From Candidatus Latescibacterota bacterium (GTDB lineage Bacteria > Latescibacterota > UBA2968 > UBA8231): a stretch of DNA of 64,000 nt. The first letter of the stretch is position 1. The number at the start of each line of letters is the position of its first letter. The stretch spans positions 2,336,001 through 2,400,000 of the forward strand of contig CBDCDC010000002.1 in assembly GCA_965215195.1 (NCBI GenBank), given 5' to 3'. The notes under the pieces were generated by a model that was not told the origin of the DNA, did not search any database, and saw only the letters and a program-made list of their open reading frames with translations. Below, piece after piece: positions 49,734 to 59,259 of the stretch. Both the position numbers and the translations under genes were made by a program.

Positions 49734-51044
49734 ATGAGACGGCCATGGAAAGTCCCATTCCAAAAGAATAGAAAGCTGCAAAGCTGCTTGGCGGTGTCGC
49801 TGGCCTTGCATCTGCTGGTGATCTTCGGAATTCCGCGCCATGAGCGGGTCACCCACTTTCCCGTCCAACCGCCGATCATGGTGAAGTTTACCAAGAAGCG
49901 CCCGCTGCCGCGCACCCTCGCCCGCCGCCAACGGCCCCAACAGCGCCCGTTGGTGCGCCGCCCCGCCCTGCAAGCCGCCCCGGTCGTAGCGATGCGGCCG
50001 GTTCCCTCGGCGACGCGCCCGCTACCGGTGTTCAAGTCGTCGGCTCTCCGACTGCCAACGGCGGCACTGCCAGCGCGACTGGTGCTGCCCGTGCCGGATT
50101 TCCCCGCTCGGCAGATTGGTCCGTCCCTACAGGCTGGAGCACTGGAAGGGACGCGGCAGGGCGCGGACGAGATTGACTTGTCTTTGGAACTGATGGACGT
50201 ACAGGCGCTGGACACGGGTCGGCACCGGGCAATGGTCGTCGTCGATCCCCAAGATCGGCGCAAGCTCAAGGGCTTCCTCTACATGTCCAATGTTTATAGC
50301 CCGTCCATTGACCGGGCTGAGCCGGAAACGTCGCGCCGACTTTTTCAGACGCGCCAAATGCGAGAAAAACGGATGCTGCAAGGATTGGCCGATAAGATGG
50401 TCGCCAGTACGCAAGTCCACGTCGAAGTGCGCGACGCAGTGGCGCTTGACGACCCGCAGCTATTGCAGGTGCCCTTCGTACTGCTGACCTCGAGCGCACC
50501 CTTTGAGTTTACCGAGGCGGAGACAGCCAACTTAGGGGCCTATCTAACTTCGGGTGGCTTCCTGTTTGCCGAGATTGTGCGCGATTTGCGACCCAATTAC
50601 AGCGACGCCGAATTAGACATCTTGGCGGTGCGTTCCCTGCTGCGCACCAGCTTTCAAGCGGTGGGCTATCAAGAGTGGAAGGACTGGCAGTTTACCCGCT
50701 TAGAGATGGCCCATCCGCTCTATCATTGCTTCTACGATGTAGGCAGCCTCCCACGCGGGATGCGCGATATGCGCTATCAATATGTAGGTTCGACGCCACT
50801 AACCCCGGACTATTTGGAGGGCATCGTAGTAGGGGACCAGTTGGCCGGGGTGTATTCGATGAAGGGCTACGCCGATTTCTGGGCGGGTATCGCCGAGCAG
50901 GAGCAGGCGACCTTTGATGTGGCCAATAGTCCGTTTATCGCCAGTGCCGAGGAGCCGTTGGTATATAATTTGGGCGTCAATATCGTGGTGTATGCGTTGA
51001 CGCGGGAGGGATCATTGGCTCAACAATTCGTCGATGCGGACTGA
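49734..51044 (+). CDS. Membrane-anchored DUF4159-like protein (copy 2)
   Basis: N-terminal ~180 aa near-identical to 45571; same C-terminal motifs. Confidence 0.78.
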   Translation: MRRPWKVPFQKNRKLQSCLAVSLALHLLVIFGIPRHERVTHFPVQPPIMVKFTKKRPLPRTLARRQRPQQRPLVRRPALQAAPVVAMRPVPSATRPLPVFKSSALRLPTAALPARLVLPVPDFPARQIGPSLQAGALEGTRQGADEIDLSLELMDVQALDTGRHRAMVVVDPQDRRKLKGFLYMSNVYSPSIDRAEPETSRRLFQTRQMREKRMLQGLADKMVASTQVHVEVRDAVALDDPQLLQVPFVLLTSSAPFEFTEAETANLGAYLTSGGFLFAEIVRDLRPNYSDAELDILAVRSLLRTSFQAVGYQEWKDWQFTRLEMAHPLYHCFYDVGSLPRGMRDMRYQYVGSTPLTPDYLEGIVVGDQLAGVYSMKGYADFWAGIAEQEQATFDVANSPFIASAEEPLVYNLGVNIVVYALTREGSLAQQFVDAD

Positions 51045-51064
51045 CCCCACTCTGGAGGTGCATT

Positions 51065-53203
51065 ATGCGCTACTTGCTCATTACGATTGGATTATTGGCG
51101 GCTCCACTGGGAGCTTTGGCCCTAACGTGGGATTTTGACGAGGGCACCACTTGGGGCTGGACGGCCCAAGAAAGCTACTTAGGCGATGACAACAGGGGGG
51201 CCACCACGGTGTACAGCGAAGTCGAAGGCGGCGTCTGGCGCATTGCGCCGGTGCCGGGCGGACAACGACCCGCCATTCAATTGCGCTCGCCGCTGATTGG
51301 GGAAGACTCCGTTCTGTTTGACTATATCACCCTACGGCTACGCATCATCCACGATCGCCCCACCGGGGGGAACCTCCATCTAAAGTGGTTCAACACCGAG
51401 TACCGAGGCCTCAAGGCGGTAGGAGGAAAAATCTCACTAGACTATCGGAAGAAATTTTATACGGGACGTTATCAAATCTACCCCACCGAATGGGAAAACA
51501 TCACGCTAGATATACGCGCCTTGGAAGCCGCGGCGGAAGCGAACCCAGAAGCGGCGATCACTTGGCAGGACACCCTCTTCGACTTCCAATTAGAACTGAA
51601 TCTAAACGTCAACCCCGAGGGTTCGGCCGATCATCCGGCCTTTATAGAAGTGGACTGGATTCAACTGACGGGAGCCGAAGAGCTGCTGTTAGGGGAATTG
51701 CAACCTCGGGAGGTGGCCGCGGAGGCCGGGTTGCCCGGCGCGTTGTTCGTCGCGCCCACCTTCTTTCCCCTCGGCGAGGGCATCGAGATGAGAGAGGCGC
51801 TACGCCCGCAAAGTGCTTTGGGGGATGTGGACGGCGATGGGGATGCCGATCTGGTGGTGGCTTGGGTGCGCCGCTCTACGGGCCCAGTAGAAACGGGCTG
51901 GCTGGTGGCGTCCAACGACGGGCTGGGGGGCTTTGTCCCCACCCAAGAGGGTTCCCTCCTCGAGATAGAGCGGGGCGCTTACCCCCAACCCGTCCTCGCG
52001 GGAGGCGATTTCGACGGGGATGGACTCCTCGATCTGGCCGTTGCGGGGGGTGTTTCCGTTGAACTATGGCACAATCGGGGCAAGGACGGCTTTGAACCCA
52101 TTCTGCAATTATCCGATGTCACTTTCGTTGGCCTCGCCGATGGCGACGGCGATGGCGACGTGGACCTGTTGGGCTTGGAAGTAGGCGACCTATGGTCCAA
52201 CGTGATTATGTGGTTCAACGATGGCGACGCCGGGTTTGTCCGTAGCGATCGGTTCGTCCTCGATAGCGAGGAGCCCCTGTTTCCCTTGCCACTGGCTGGG
52301 CAACCCTTGGGCGAGGCCGTGCGCCTGTTATGGGTCCGGCCGTGTTACTTGCCCCAAGGGACTTGGCAACTGACTCGGCCGTGGGCGACTAGCAGGGAAC
52401 CGCCGCTGTTTTTTGACGCCGTGGTCAACCCCTGTAAACAACTGCACTTGCTTGTCGATGTGGATGGCAATGGAGAGGTGGAGTTCGTCGGGTCGCCCGA
52501 TCTGGCTCTACAATTCGGCCTCACTACGTACCACGGTTTGGCCCTGTGGCGTCTGGGTGCCTCGGGCGTAGTGGAACGCCCCACCCTGCTCGGCTCGCAG
52601 GTGCTCGTCCCGCATCGGGCCATTGCCCACGATTTGACCGGCGATGGCCTTTTGGACTTGGCCGTGGTCGATGGCAACTTGGCCACCGGGCCGGCACTGG
52701 TGGTGTTGGTTGGTCAGCGCGATGGGGTGCCTGTCGTCGAAGGGCACTACCCCCTGCCGGGCACGGGCGGTCCCGTGCTCGCTGGCGATGTAAACGGCGA
52801 TGGGGCGACCGATCTGCTCGTGCTGGGCAGGAGTATGGAAGGCGGTCTGGGCGGGGTCTTCGTCTTTCTCAACCAGAGCGTCCCGGCCACAGCCGTCGCG
52901 GCCGAGACGGCAGCCACGCCCCCGGCCTTTGCCCTCGGTGCGAACTATCCCAATCCGTTCAATCCGGCCACGACTATCCCTTTGGCCCTGCCCGCCGGAA
53001 CTAGCGACATGGATTTAACGATCTACAACACGTTGGGGCAGCCGGTGCGCCAAGTGTGGAACGGTCCGCTGGCGGCGGGCGAGCACCGACTCACTTGGGA
53101 TGGCCGGGACGGGCAGGGGCAGCCGGTCGCCGCTGGGGTCTATTTATATCGGGTGCAGGTGGGCGACCACACGCGCATTCGCAAGATGGTCAAAATCGAA
53201 TAG
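51065..53203 (+). CDS. FG-GAP/FlgD-Ig secreted protein (paralog 7)
   Basis: Same architecture; upstream ccccactctggaggtgcatt identical to that of paralog 4. Confidence 0.88.
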   Translation: MRYLLITIGLLAAPLGALALTWDFDEGTTWGWTAQESYLGDDNRGATTVYSEVEGGVWRIAPVPGGQRPAIQLRSPLIGEDSVLFDYITLRLRIIHDRPTGGNLHLKWFNTEYRGLKAVGGKISLDYRKKFYTGRYQIYPTEWENITLDIRALEAAAEANPEAAITWQDTLFDFQLELNLNVNPEGSADHPAFIEVDWIQLTGAEELLLGELQPREVAAEAGLPGALFVAPTFFPLGEGIEMREALRPQSALGDVDGDGDADLVVAWVRRSTGPVETGWLVASNDGLGGFVPTQEGSLLEIERGAYPQPVLAGGDFDGDGLLDLAVAGGVSVELWHNRGKDGFEPILQLSDVTFVGLADGDGDGDVDLLGLEVGDLWSNVIMWFNDGDAGFVRSDRFVLDSEEPLFPLPLAGQPLGEAVRLLWVRPCYLPQGTWQLTRPWATSREPPLFFDAVVNPCKQLHLLVDVDGNGEVEFVGSPDLALQFGLTTYHGLALWRLGASGVVERPTLLGSQVLVPHRAIAHDLTGDGLLDLAVVDGNLATGPALVVLVGQRDGVPVVEGHYPLPGTGGPVLAGDVNGDGATDLLVLGRSMEGGLGGVFVFLNQSVPATAVAAETAATPPAFALGANYPNPFNPATTIPLALPAGTSDMDLTIYNTLGQPVRQVWNGPLAAGEHRLTWDGRDGQGQPVAAGVYLYRVQVGDHTRIRKMVKIE

Positions 53204-53319
53204 ACGACCCGAGTCTATCATCCCTCCGGCCAGAAAGGAGGTGTATTCCGTGCTCGCAGGTTTGATGCCAAGTCAGCAACCACAATGTCTTGTGTTCTAC
53301 CTCTAAAGGGAGACAAACT

Positions 53320-55482
53320 ATGCGCTGCTTGCTCATTGCTATTGGCTTGTTGGCTATTCCACACGGAGTCTTCGCCCTAACGTGGGATTTTGACGAAGAC
53401 ATCACTTGGGGCTGGACCGCTCACGAGAGTGGCTACGGCAATGACATTGGAGTTAGTCCCACCACGGTGTACAGCGAAGTCGAAGAGGGCGTTTGGCGCA
53501 TTGCTCCCGTGCCGGGTGCTCAACGACCTGCCATTAAGTTGCGCTCGCCGCCGATTGGGGAAGACTCCACCCTGTTCGACTGGGTCACCCTACGGCTACG
53601 CCTCATACACCATCGCCCCACCGCGGGACAGTTCCAAATGGCGTGGTTCAATGCCGAGTACAGACGCCTCAGGGAGGAATTAGGACCAACCTCACCAGAT
53701 TATAGGCAGAAGTTTTATATGGTACGTTATCAAATCTATCCGACTGAATGGCAAGACATCACTATAAATATACGCCGGGCCTTGGAAGCAGATCTAGCAG
53801 AAAGAGAAAAGGAGATCGTTTGGCAGGACACCCTCTTTGAATTTCATATAGAGCTAAGTTTAAACGACAACGCGCAGGGCCCGGCTGATCATCCGGCCTT
53901 TTTAGAAGTGGACTGGATTCAACTGACAGGGGCCGAAGAACTGCTGCTGGGGGAGTTGCAGCCCCGGGAGATCGCCGTGGAGGTCGGATTGCCCGGCGCG
54001 TTATTCGCCGAGCCCGACTTTTTCCCCCTCGGCGAAGGCATCGAGAAAATCCTCAGTTTGGTACTCCCGCAAGGTGCTTTGGGGGATGTGGATGGCGATG
54101 AGGATGTGGATCTCGTGGCGGTCTGGGAGCGCCGTACGAACAACGGAGGAGTCCTAGAAGTAGAACAGGGCTGGCTGGTGGCGTCCAACGACGGTCTGGG
54201 AGGCTTTGTCCCCACCCGAGAGGTTTCCTTCTTCAAGATAGCGAAGGGCTCTTACCCACAACTTGTCGTTGCGGGGGGCGATTTCGACGGGGATGGACTC
54301 CTCGATCTGGCCGTTTCGAGGGGTGTTTCCGTTGAACTGTGGCACAATCGGGGCAAGGACGGCTTTGAACCCATTCTGCAATTATCCGATTTCGCTTTCG
54401 TTAGCCTCGCCGATGGCGATGGCGACGGCGACGTGGACCTGTTGGGCTTGGAAGTAGGCGACACATGGTCCAATGTGATTATGTGGTTCAACGATGGCGA
54501 CGCCGGGTTTGTCCGTAGCGATCGGTTCGTCCTCGATAGCGAGGAGCCCCTGTTTCCCTTGCCGCTGGCTGGGCAACCCTTGGGCGAGGCCGTGCGCCTG
54601 TTATGGATCCGGCCGTGCTACCTGCCCCAAGGGACTTGGCAACTGATCCGACCGTGGGCGACCAGCAGGGAACCGCCGCTGTTTTTTGACGCCGTGGTCA
54701 ACCCCTGTACCCAATTGCACTTGCTCGTCGATCTAGATGGCAATGGAGAGGTGGAGTTCGTCGGAACTCCCGATCGGGATCTACAATTTGAACTTCACGG
54801 CGGCATCACCTACCACGGTTTGGCGCTGTGGCGTCTGGGTGCCTCGGGCGTGTTGGCACGCCACACCCTGCTTGGCTCACAGGTGCTCATGCCGCATCGC
54901 GCCATTACCAGCGACCTGACCGGCGATGGCCTTTTGGACTTGGCCGTGGTCGATGGCAACTTGGCCACCGGGCCGGCGCTGGTGGTGCTGGTCGGCCAGC
55001 GCAATGGCGTACCCGTCGTCGAAGGCCGCTACCCCCTGCCGGGCGTGGGCAGCCAAGTGCTCGCCGGGGATGTCAACGGCGATGGGGCGACCGATCTGCT
55101 CGTGCTGGGAAGGAGTATGGAAGGCGGTCTCGGCGGGGCCTTCGTCTTTCTCAACCAAGGCGGTCCGGCCACTGCTATCGCGGTCGAGACGACGGCTACG
55201 CCCGCAACATTTGCGTTGGGTGCCAACTATCCCAACCCGTTCAATCCAGCCACAACGATCCCCGTATCGGTGGCGGGTGCGGGCGACGTGGATGTAACGA
55301 TCTACAACGTCTTGGGGCAGCCGGTGCGCGAGGTGTGGAACGGTCCGTTGGCGGCGGGCGAGCATCGGCTAACTTGGGATGGTCGAGACGCGCAGGGGCA
55401 GCCGGTCGCCGCCGGGGTCTATTTGTATCGGCTGCACCAAGGCGACCAGACGCGCATCCGCAAAATGGTCAAAATCGAATAG
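53320..55482 (+). CDS. FG-GAP/FlgD-Ig secreted protein (paralog 8)
   Basis: Same architecture; start MRCLLI chosen by paralogy. Confidence 0.88.
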   Translation: MRCLLIAIGLLAIPHGVFALTWDFDEDITWGWTAHESGYGNDIGVSPTTVYSEVEEGVWRIAPVPGAQRPAIKLRSPPIGEDSTLFDWVTLRLRLIHHRPTAGQFQMAWFNAEYRRLREELGPTSPDYRQKFYMVRYQIYPTEWQDITINIRRALEADLAEREKEIVWQDTLFEFHIELSLNDNAQGPADHPAFLEVDWIQLTGAEELLLGELQPREIAVEVGLPGALFAEPDFFPLGEGIEKILSLVLPQGALGDVDGDEDVDLVAVWERRTNNGGVLEVEQGWLVASNDGLGGFVPTREVSFFKIAKGSYPQLVVAGGDFDGDGLLDLAVSRGVSVELWHNRGKDGFEPILQLSDFAFVSLADGDGDGDVDLLGLEVGDTWSNVIMWFNDGDAGFVRSDRFVLDSEEPLFPLPLAGQPLGEAVRLLWIRPCYLPQGTWQLIRPWATSREPPLFFDAVVNPCTQLHLLVDLDGNGEVEFVGTPDRDLQFELHGGITYHGLALWRLGASGVLARHTLLGSQVLMPHRAITSDLTGDGLLDLAVVDGNLATGPALVVLVGQRNGVPVVEGRYPLPGVGSQVLAGDVNGDGATDLLVLGRSMEGGLGGAFVFLNQGGPATAIAVETTATPATFALGANYPNPFNPATTIPVSVAGAGDVDVTIYNVLGQPVREVWNGPLAAGEHRLTWDGRDAQGQPVAAGVYLYRLHQGDQTRIRKMVKIE

Positions 55483-55640
55483 ACGACCCGAGTCTATCAT
55501 CTCTTCGGCCAGAAAGGAGGTGTATTCCGTGCTCGTAGATTTGATGCCAAGTCAGCAACCACAACGGTTTGCTGGTCATTTTTCCTACCACTCAAGGAGG
55601 ATTTAGTTATGAAGTCTTTGCCTCTAAAGGGAGGTTCGTT

Positions 55641-57737
55641 ATGCGCTGCTTGCTCTTTGCTATTGGATTATTGGCCGCTCCACTGGGAGCCTTTGCCCTA
55701 ACATGGAATTTTGACGAGGGCACCACTTGGGGCTGGACCGCCCAAGAGAGTAGCCACAGCAGTGGGACTACAGGGAATGTCACCACGGTGTCCAGCGAAG
55801 TCGAAGACGGTGTCTGGCGCATCGCTCCGGTGCCTACCGCGCAACGACCGGCCCTTCAATTGCGTTCACCCCCGATTGGGGAAGACTCCGCCCTGTTCGA
55901 CTGGGTCACCCTACGGCTGCGCATCATTCACCATCGCCCCACTACGGGGCGGCTCGAAATGGTGTGGTTCAATTCCGAGTACAGACGCCTTGATGCGTAC
56001 CGACACCTAGAATTGTGGCCTCAGTTTCATACGGGACGTTATCAAATCTATCTCACGGAATGGCAAGACATCACCATAGATATACGGGCCTTGGAAGCGG
56101 ACCCAGAAACAGAGGTCACTTGGCAGGATACCCTTTTCGACTTCCAGATAGACTTGGATTTAAACACTGACCCGCAGGGCCCGGCTGATCATCCGGCCTT
56201 TTTAGAAGTGGACTGGATTCAACTGACAGGGGTCGAAGAGTTGCTGCTGGGGGAATTGCCGCCCCGGGAAATCGCTGTGGAGGCGGGATCGCCCGGCGCG
56301 TTGTTCGCCGCACCGGACTTTTTCCCCCTCGGCGAGGGCATCGGGAACAGAAGCGGTCTGCGAGAATCGCCGGGCACTTTGGGCGATGTGGACGGCGATG
56401 GAGATATGGATCTCGTGGCGGTCTGGCAGCGCCTTACAGACCACGGATCATTCCTTGGCTGGACAATAGCGTCACAAGACGGCTTGGGACGCTTGGTCCC
56501 CACCCTAGAGGCCACGCGCCAAGCCACGAGAATTGATCTCCAAGGGAGCGACTTCGACGGGGATGGGCTCTTAGATCTGGTCTTCTCTGGAGACCAGATC
56601 GTCGAACTGTGGCACAACTGGGGCGAGGACGGCTTTGAGACCACGCTGCGGCTGTCCGGCGTCGGGCTCCTTGGCCTAGCTGATGGCGATGGCGATGGCG
56701 ATGTGGACCTCTTGGTTATAGACTTGGATGACGAGACAGCCCACGTGATCTTATGGATCAACGATGGCGACGACGGATTTGTCCGCAGTGATCGGTTCGA
56801 TCTCGACAGCGAAGAGGAGCTGCTTCCTTACCTGCTCCCCGGGCAGCCTCTGGGCGAGGCCGTGCGCCTGTTATGGAACCGACCGTGCTATCAGCCCCAA
56901 GGGCCTTGGCAACTGACCCGGCCGTGGGCGGCCAGCGAGGAGTCGCCGCTGTTTTTCGAGGCGGAGGTCAACCCCTGTAACCTGCACCTGCTCGCCGATG
57001 TGGATGGCGATGGGGCGATGGATGTACTCGGCTCCCCCGAGAGAAGAAAGTTCCCCGGCACCACCTACTACGGTTTGACGCTGTGGCGTCTGGACACTTC
57101 GGGAGTGTTGACCCGCCACCCTCTACTCGGCTCGCAGGTGCTCGCGTCGCATCGGGCCATTGCCCACGACCTGACCGGCGATGGCCTTTTGGACTTGGCC
57201 GTGGTCGATGGCAACTTGGCCACCGGGCCGGCGCTGGTGGTGCTGGTCGGCCAGCGCGCTGGCGTGCCCGTTGTCGAAGGCCGCTACCCCCTGCCGGGCG
57301 TGGGCAGCCAAGTGCTCGCCGGGGATGTCAACGGCGATGGGGCGACCGATCTGGTGGTGCTGGGCAGGAGTGTGGACGGCGGTTCGGGCGGGGCCTTCGT
57401 CTTTCTCAACCAGAGCGTCCCGATGACAGCCGTGGCCCCGGAGGCGACCACCCCCTCAACCGTTGCCCTCGGTGCCAACTATCCCAACCCATTCAATCCG
57501 GCCACGACTATCCCTTTGGCCCTGCCCGCCGGAACTAGCGACATGGATTTAACGATCTACAACACGTTGGGGCAGCCGGTGCGCCAAGTGTGGAACGGTC
57601 CGTTGGCGGCGGGCGAGCATCGGCTAACTTGGGATGGTCGGGACGCGCAAGGGCATCCGGTAGCCGCCGGGGTCTATTTGTATCGGTTGCAGGTGGAAGA
57701 CCAGACGCGCCTGCGCAAAATGGTCAAAATCGAATAG
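55641..57737 (+). CDS. FG-GAP/FlgD-Ig secreted protein (paralog 9)
   Basis: Same architecture; RBS GGAGGT; start MRCLLF chosen by paralogy. Confidence 0.88.
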   Translation: MRCLLFAIGLLAAPLGAFALTWNFDEGTTWGWTAQESSHSSGTTGNVTTVSSEVEDGVWRIAPVPTAQRPALQLRSPPIGEDSALFDWVTLRLRIIHHRPTTGRLEMVWFNSEYRRLDAYRHLELWPQFHTGRYQIYLTEWQDITIDIRALEADPETEVTWQDTLFDFQIDLDLNTDPQGPADHPAFLEVDWIQLTGVEELLLGELPPREIAVEAGSPGALFAAPDFFPLGEGIGNRSGLRESPGTLGDVDGDGDMDLVAVWQRLTDHGSFLGWTIASQDGLGRLVPTLEATRQATRIDLQGSDFDGDGLLDLVFSGDQIVELWHNWGEDGFETTLRLSGVGLLGLADGDGDGDVDLLVIDLDDETAHVILWINDGDDGFVRSDRFDLDSEEELLPYLLPGQPLGEAVRLLWNRPCYQPQGPWQLTRPWAASEESPLFFEAEVNPCNLHLLADVDGDGAMDVLGSPERRKFPGTTYYGLTLWRLDTSGVLTRHPLLGSQVLASHRAIAHDLTGDGLLDLAVVDGNLATGPALVVLVGQRAGVPVVEGRYPLPGVGSQVLAGDVNGDGATDLVVLGRSVDGGSGGAFVFLNQSVPMTAVAPEATTPSTVALGANYPNPFNPATTIPLALPAGTSDMDLTIYNTLGQPVRQVWNGPLAAGEHRLTWDGRDAQGHPVAAGVYLYRLQVEDQTRLRKMVKIE

Positions 57738-57820
57738 ACGCACGAACTTGTAACGGACATGCTTGAGATATTGCGCCGACACATAGCGGCTGGCAGCGTT
57801 TCATGGAACGATTGAATGGG
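57738..57820 (+). pseudogene. Minimal scar of a third GT-module copy
   Basis: cggacatgcttgagatattgcgccgacacatagcg resembles 40055-40090 and is joined to acgattgaatgggggg from the 45525 junction. Confidence 0.7.
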
Positions 57821-57872
57821 GGGGCGTGGGGATGTGGATTAGGCCCTGCCGAAAAGAGAAAGGCATAAGACA

Positions 57873-59177
57873 ATGATACGGCCATGGAAAGTCCCATTCC
57901 GAAAAAATAGAAAGCTGCAAAGCTGCTTGGCGGTGTCGCTGGCCTTGCATCTGCTGGTGATCTTCGGACTCCCGCGCCACGAGCGGGTCACCCACTTTCC
58001 CTTGCAACCGCCGATCATGGTGAAGTTTACCAAGAAGCGCCCGCTGCCGCGCACCCTCGCCCGCCGCCAACGACCCCAACAGCGCCCGTTGGTGCGCCGC
58101 CCCGCCCTGCAAGCGGCCCCGGTCGTAGCGATGCGGCCGGCTCCCTCGGCGTCGCGCCCGCTACCGGTGTTCAAGTCGTCGGCTCTCCGACTGCCAACGG
58201 CGGCACTGCCGGCGCGGCTGGTGATGCCCGTGCCGGATTTCCCCGCTCGGCAGATTGGTCCATCCCTACAGGCGGGGGCATTGGAAGGGACGCGGCAGGG
58301 CGCGGACGAGATTGACTTGGCGTTGGAACTGATGGACGTGCAGGCACTGGACACGGGTCAGCATCGGGCAATGGTCGTCGTCGATCCCCAAGACCGGCGC
58401 AAGCTCAAGGGCTTCCTCTATATGTCCAATGTTTATAGCCCGTCCATTGACCGAGCTGAACGGGAAACATCGCGCCGACTGTACGAGGCGCGCCAACAGG
58501 CTGAGCGGCGGATGCTGCAAGGGTTGGCCGATAAGATGGTCGCCAGTACGCAAGTCCAAGTTGAGGTGCGCGACGCAGTGGCGCTCGACAGCCCGCAGCT
58601 TTTGCAAGTGCCCTTCGTGTTGCTGACGGCGAGTGGGCCTTTTGAGTTTACCGAGGCGGAGGCGGCCAACTTAGGGGCCTATTTGACTTCGGGTGGCTTC
58701 CTGTTTGCCGAGATTGTGCGCGAGTTGCGACCCAATTACAGCGACGCCGAATTAGACATCTTGGCGGTGCGTTCCCTGCTGCGCACCAGCTTCCAAGCGG
58801 TAGGTTATCAAGAGTGGAAGGATTGGCAGTTTAGCCGGCTGGAACTAACCCATCCGCTCTATCATTGTTTCTACGATGTAAACAGCCTCCCCCGCGGGAT
58901 GCGCGATATGCACTATACAGGATCTGCGCCGCTAACCCCGGACTATTTGGAGGGCATCGTAGTAGGGGACCAGCTAGTGGGGGTGTATTCGATGCGCGGC
59001 TACGCGGATTTCTGGGCGGGAAGTGCCCAGTTGGAGTGGGAGGCACTTGATGTGGTCAATAGTCCGTTTATCGCCAGTGCCGAGGAGCCGTTGGTGTATA
59101 ATTTGGGCGTCAATATCGTGGTGTACGCGTTGACGCGGGAAGGATCATTGGCTCAACAATTCGTCGAGGCGGACTGA
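57873..59177 (+). CDS. Membrane-anchored DUF4159-like protein (copy 3)
   Basis: Close paralog of 49734-51044; 3' flank matches that of copy 1. Confidence 0.78.
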   Translation: MIRPWKVPFRKNRKLQSCLAVSLALHLLVIFGLPRHERVTHFPLQPPIMVKFTKKRPLPRTLARRQRPQQRPLVRRPALQAAPVVAMRPAPSASRPLPVFKSSALRLPTAALPARLVMPVPDFPARQIGPSLQAGALEGTRQGADEIDLALELMDVQALDTGQHRAMVVVDPQDRRKLKGFLYMSNVYSPSIDRAERETSRRLYEARQQAERRMLQGLADKMVASTQVQVEVRDAVALDSPQLLQVPFVLLTASGPFEFTEAEAANLGAYLTSGGFLFAEIVRELRPNYSDAELDILAVRSLLRTSFQAVGYQEWKDWQFSRLELTHPLYHCFYDVNSLPRGMRDMHYTGSAPLTPDYLEGIVVGDQLVGVYSMRGYADFWAGSAQLEWEALDVVNSPFIASAEEPLVYNLGVNIVVYALTREGSLAQQFVEAD

Positions 59178-59259
59178 GGGCTGTTGTGCCGTAATACTAT
59201 AACCACGTTTGCCAAGCGGGAAGAGCCATCGCAACCCCCTTTCTAAAGGTGTTTGCCTT

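Noticed and set aside
29205-57737. Diversity-generating retroelement as the source of variation
   Set aside because: No reverse transcriptase in the window; differences include indels and are not confined to adenine positions or to a C-terminal variable repeat
29830-57737. Array as pure assembly artefact
   Set aside because: Every copy has unique in-frame variable segments and distinct deletion scars; local chimerism cannot be excluded without reads
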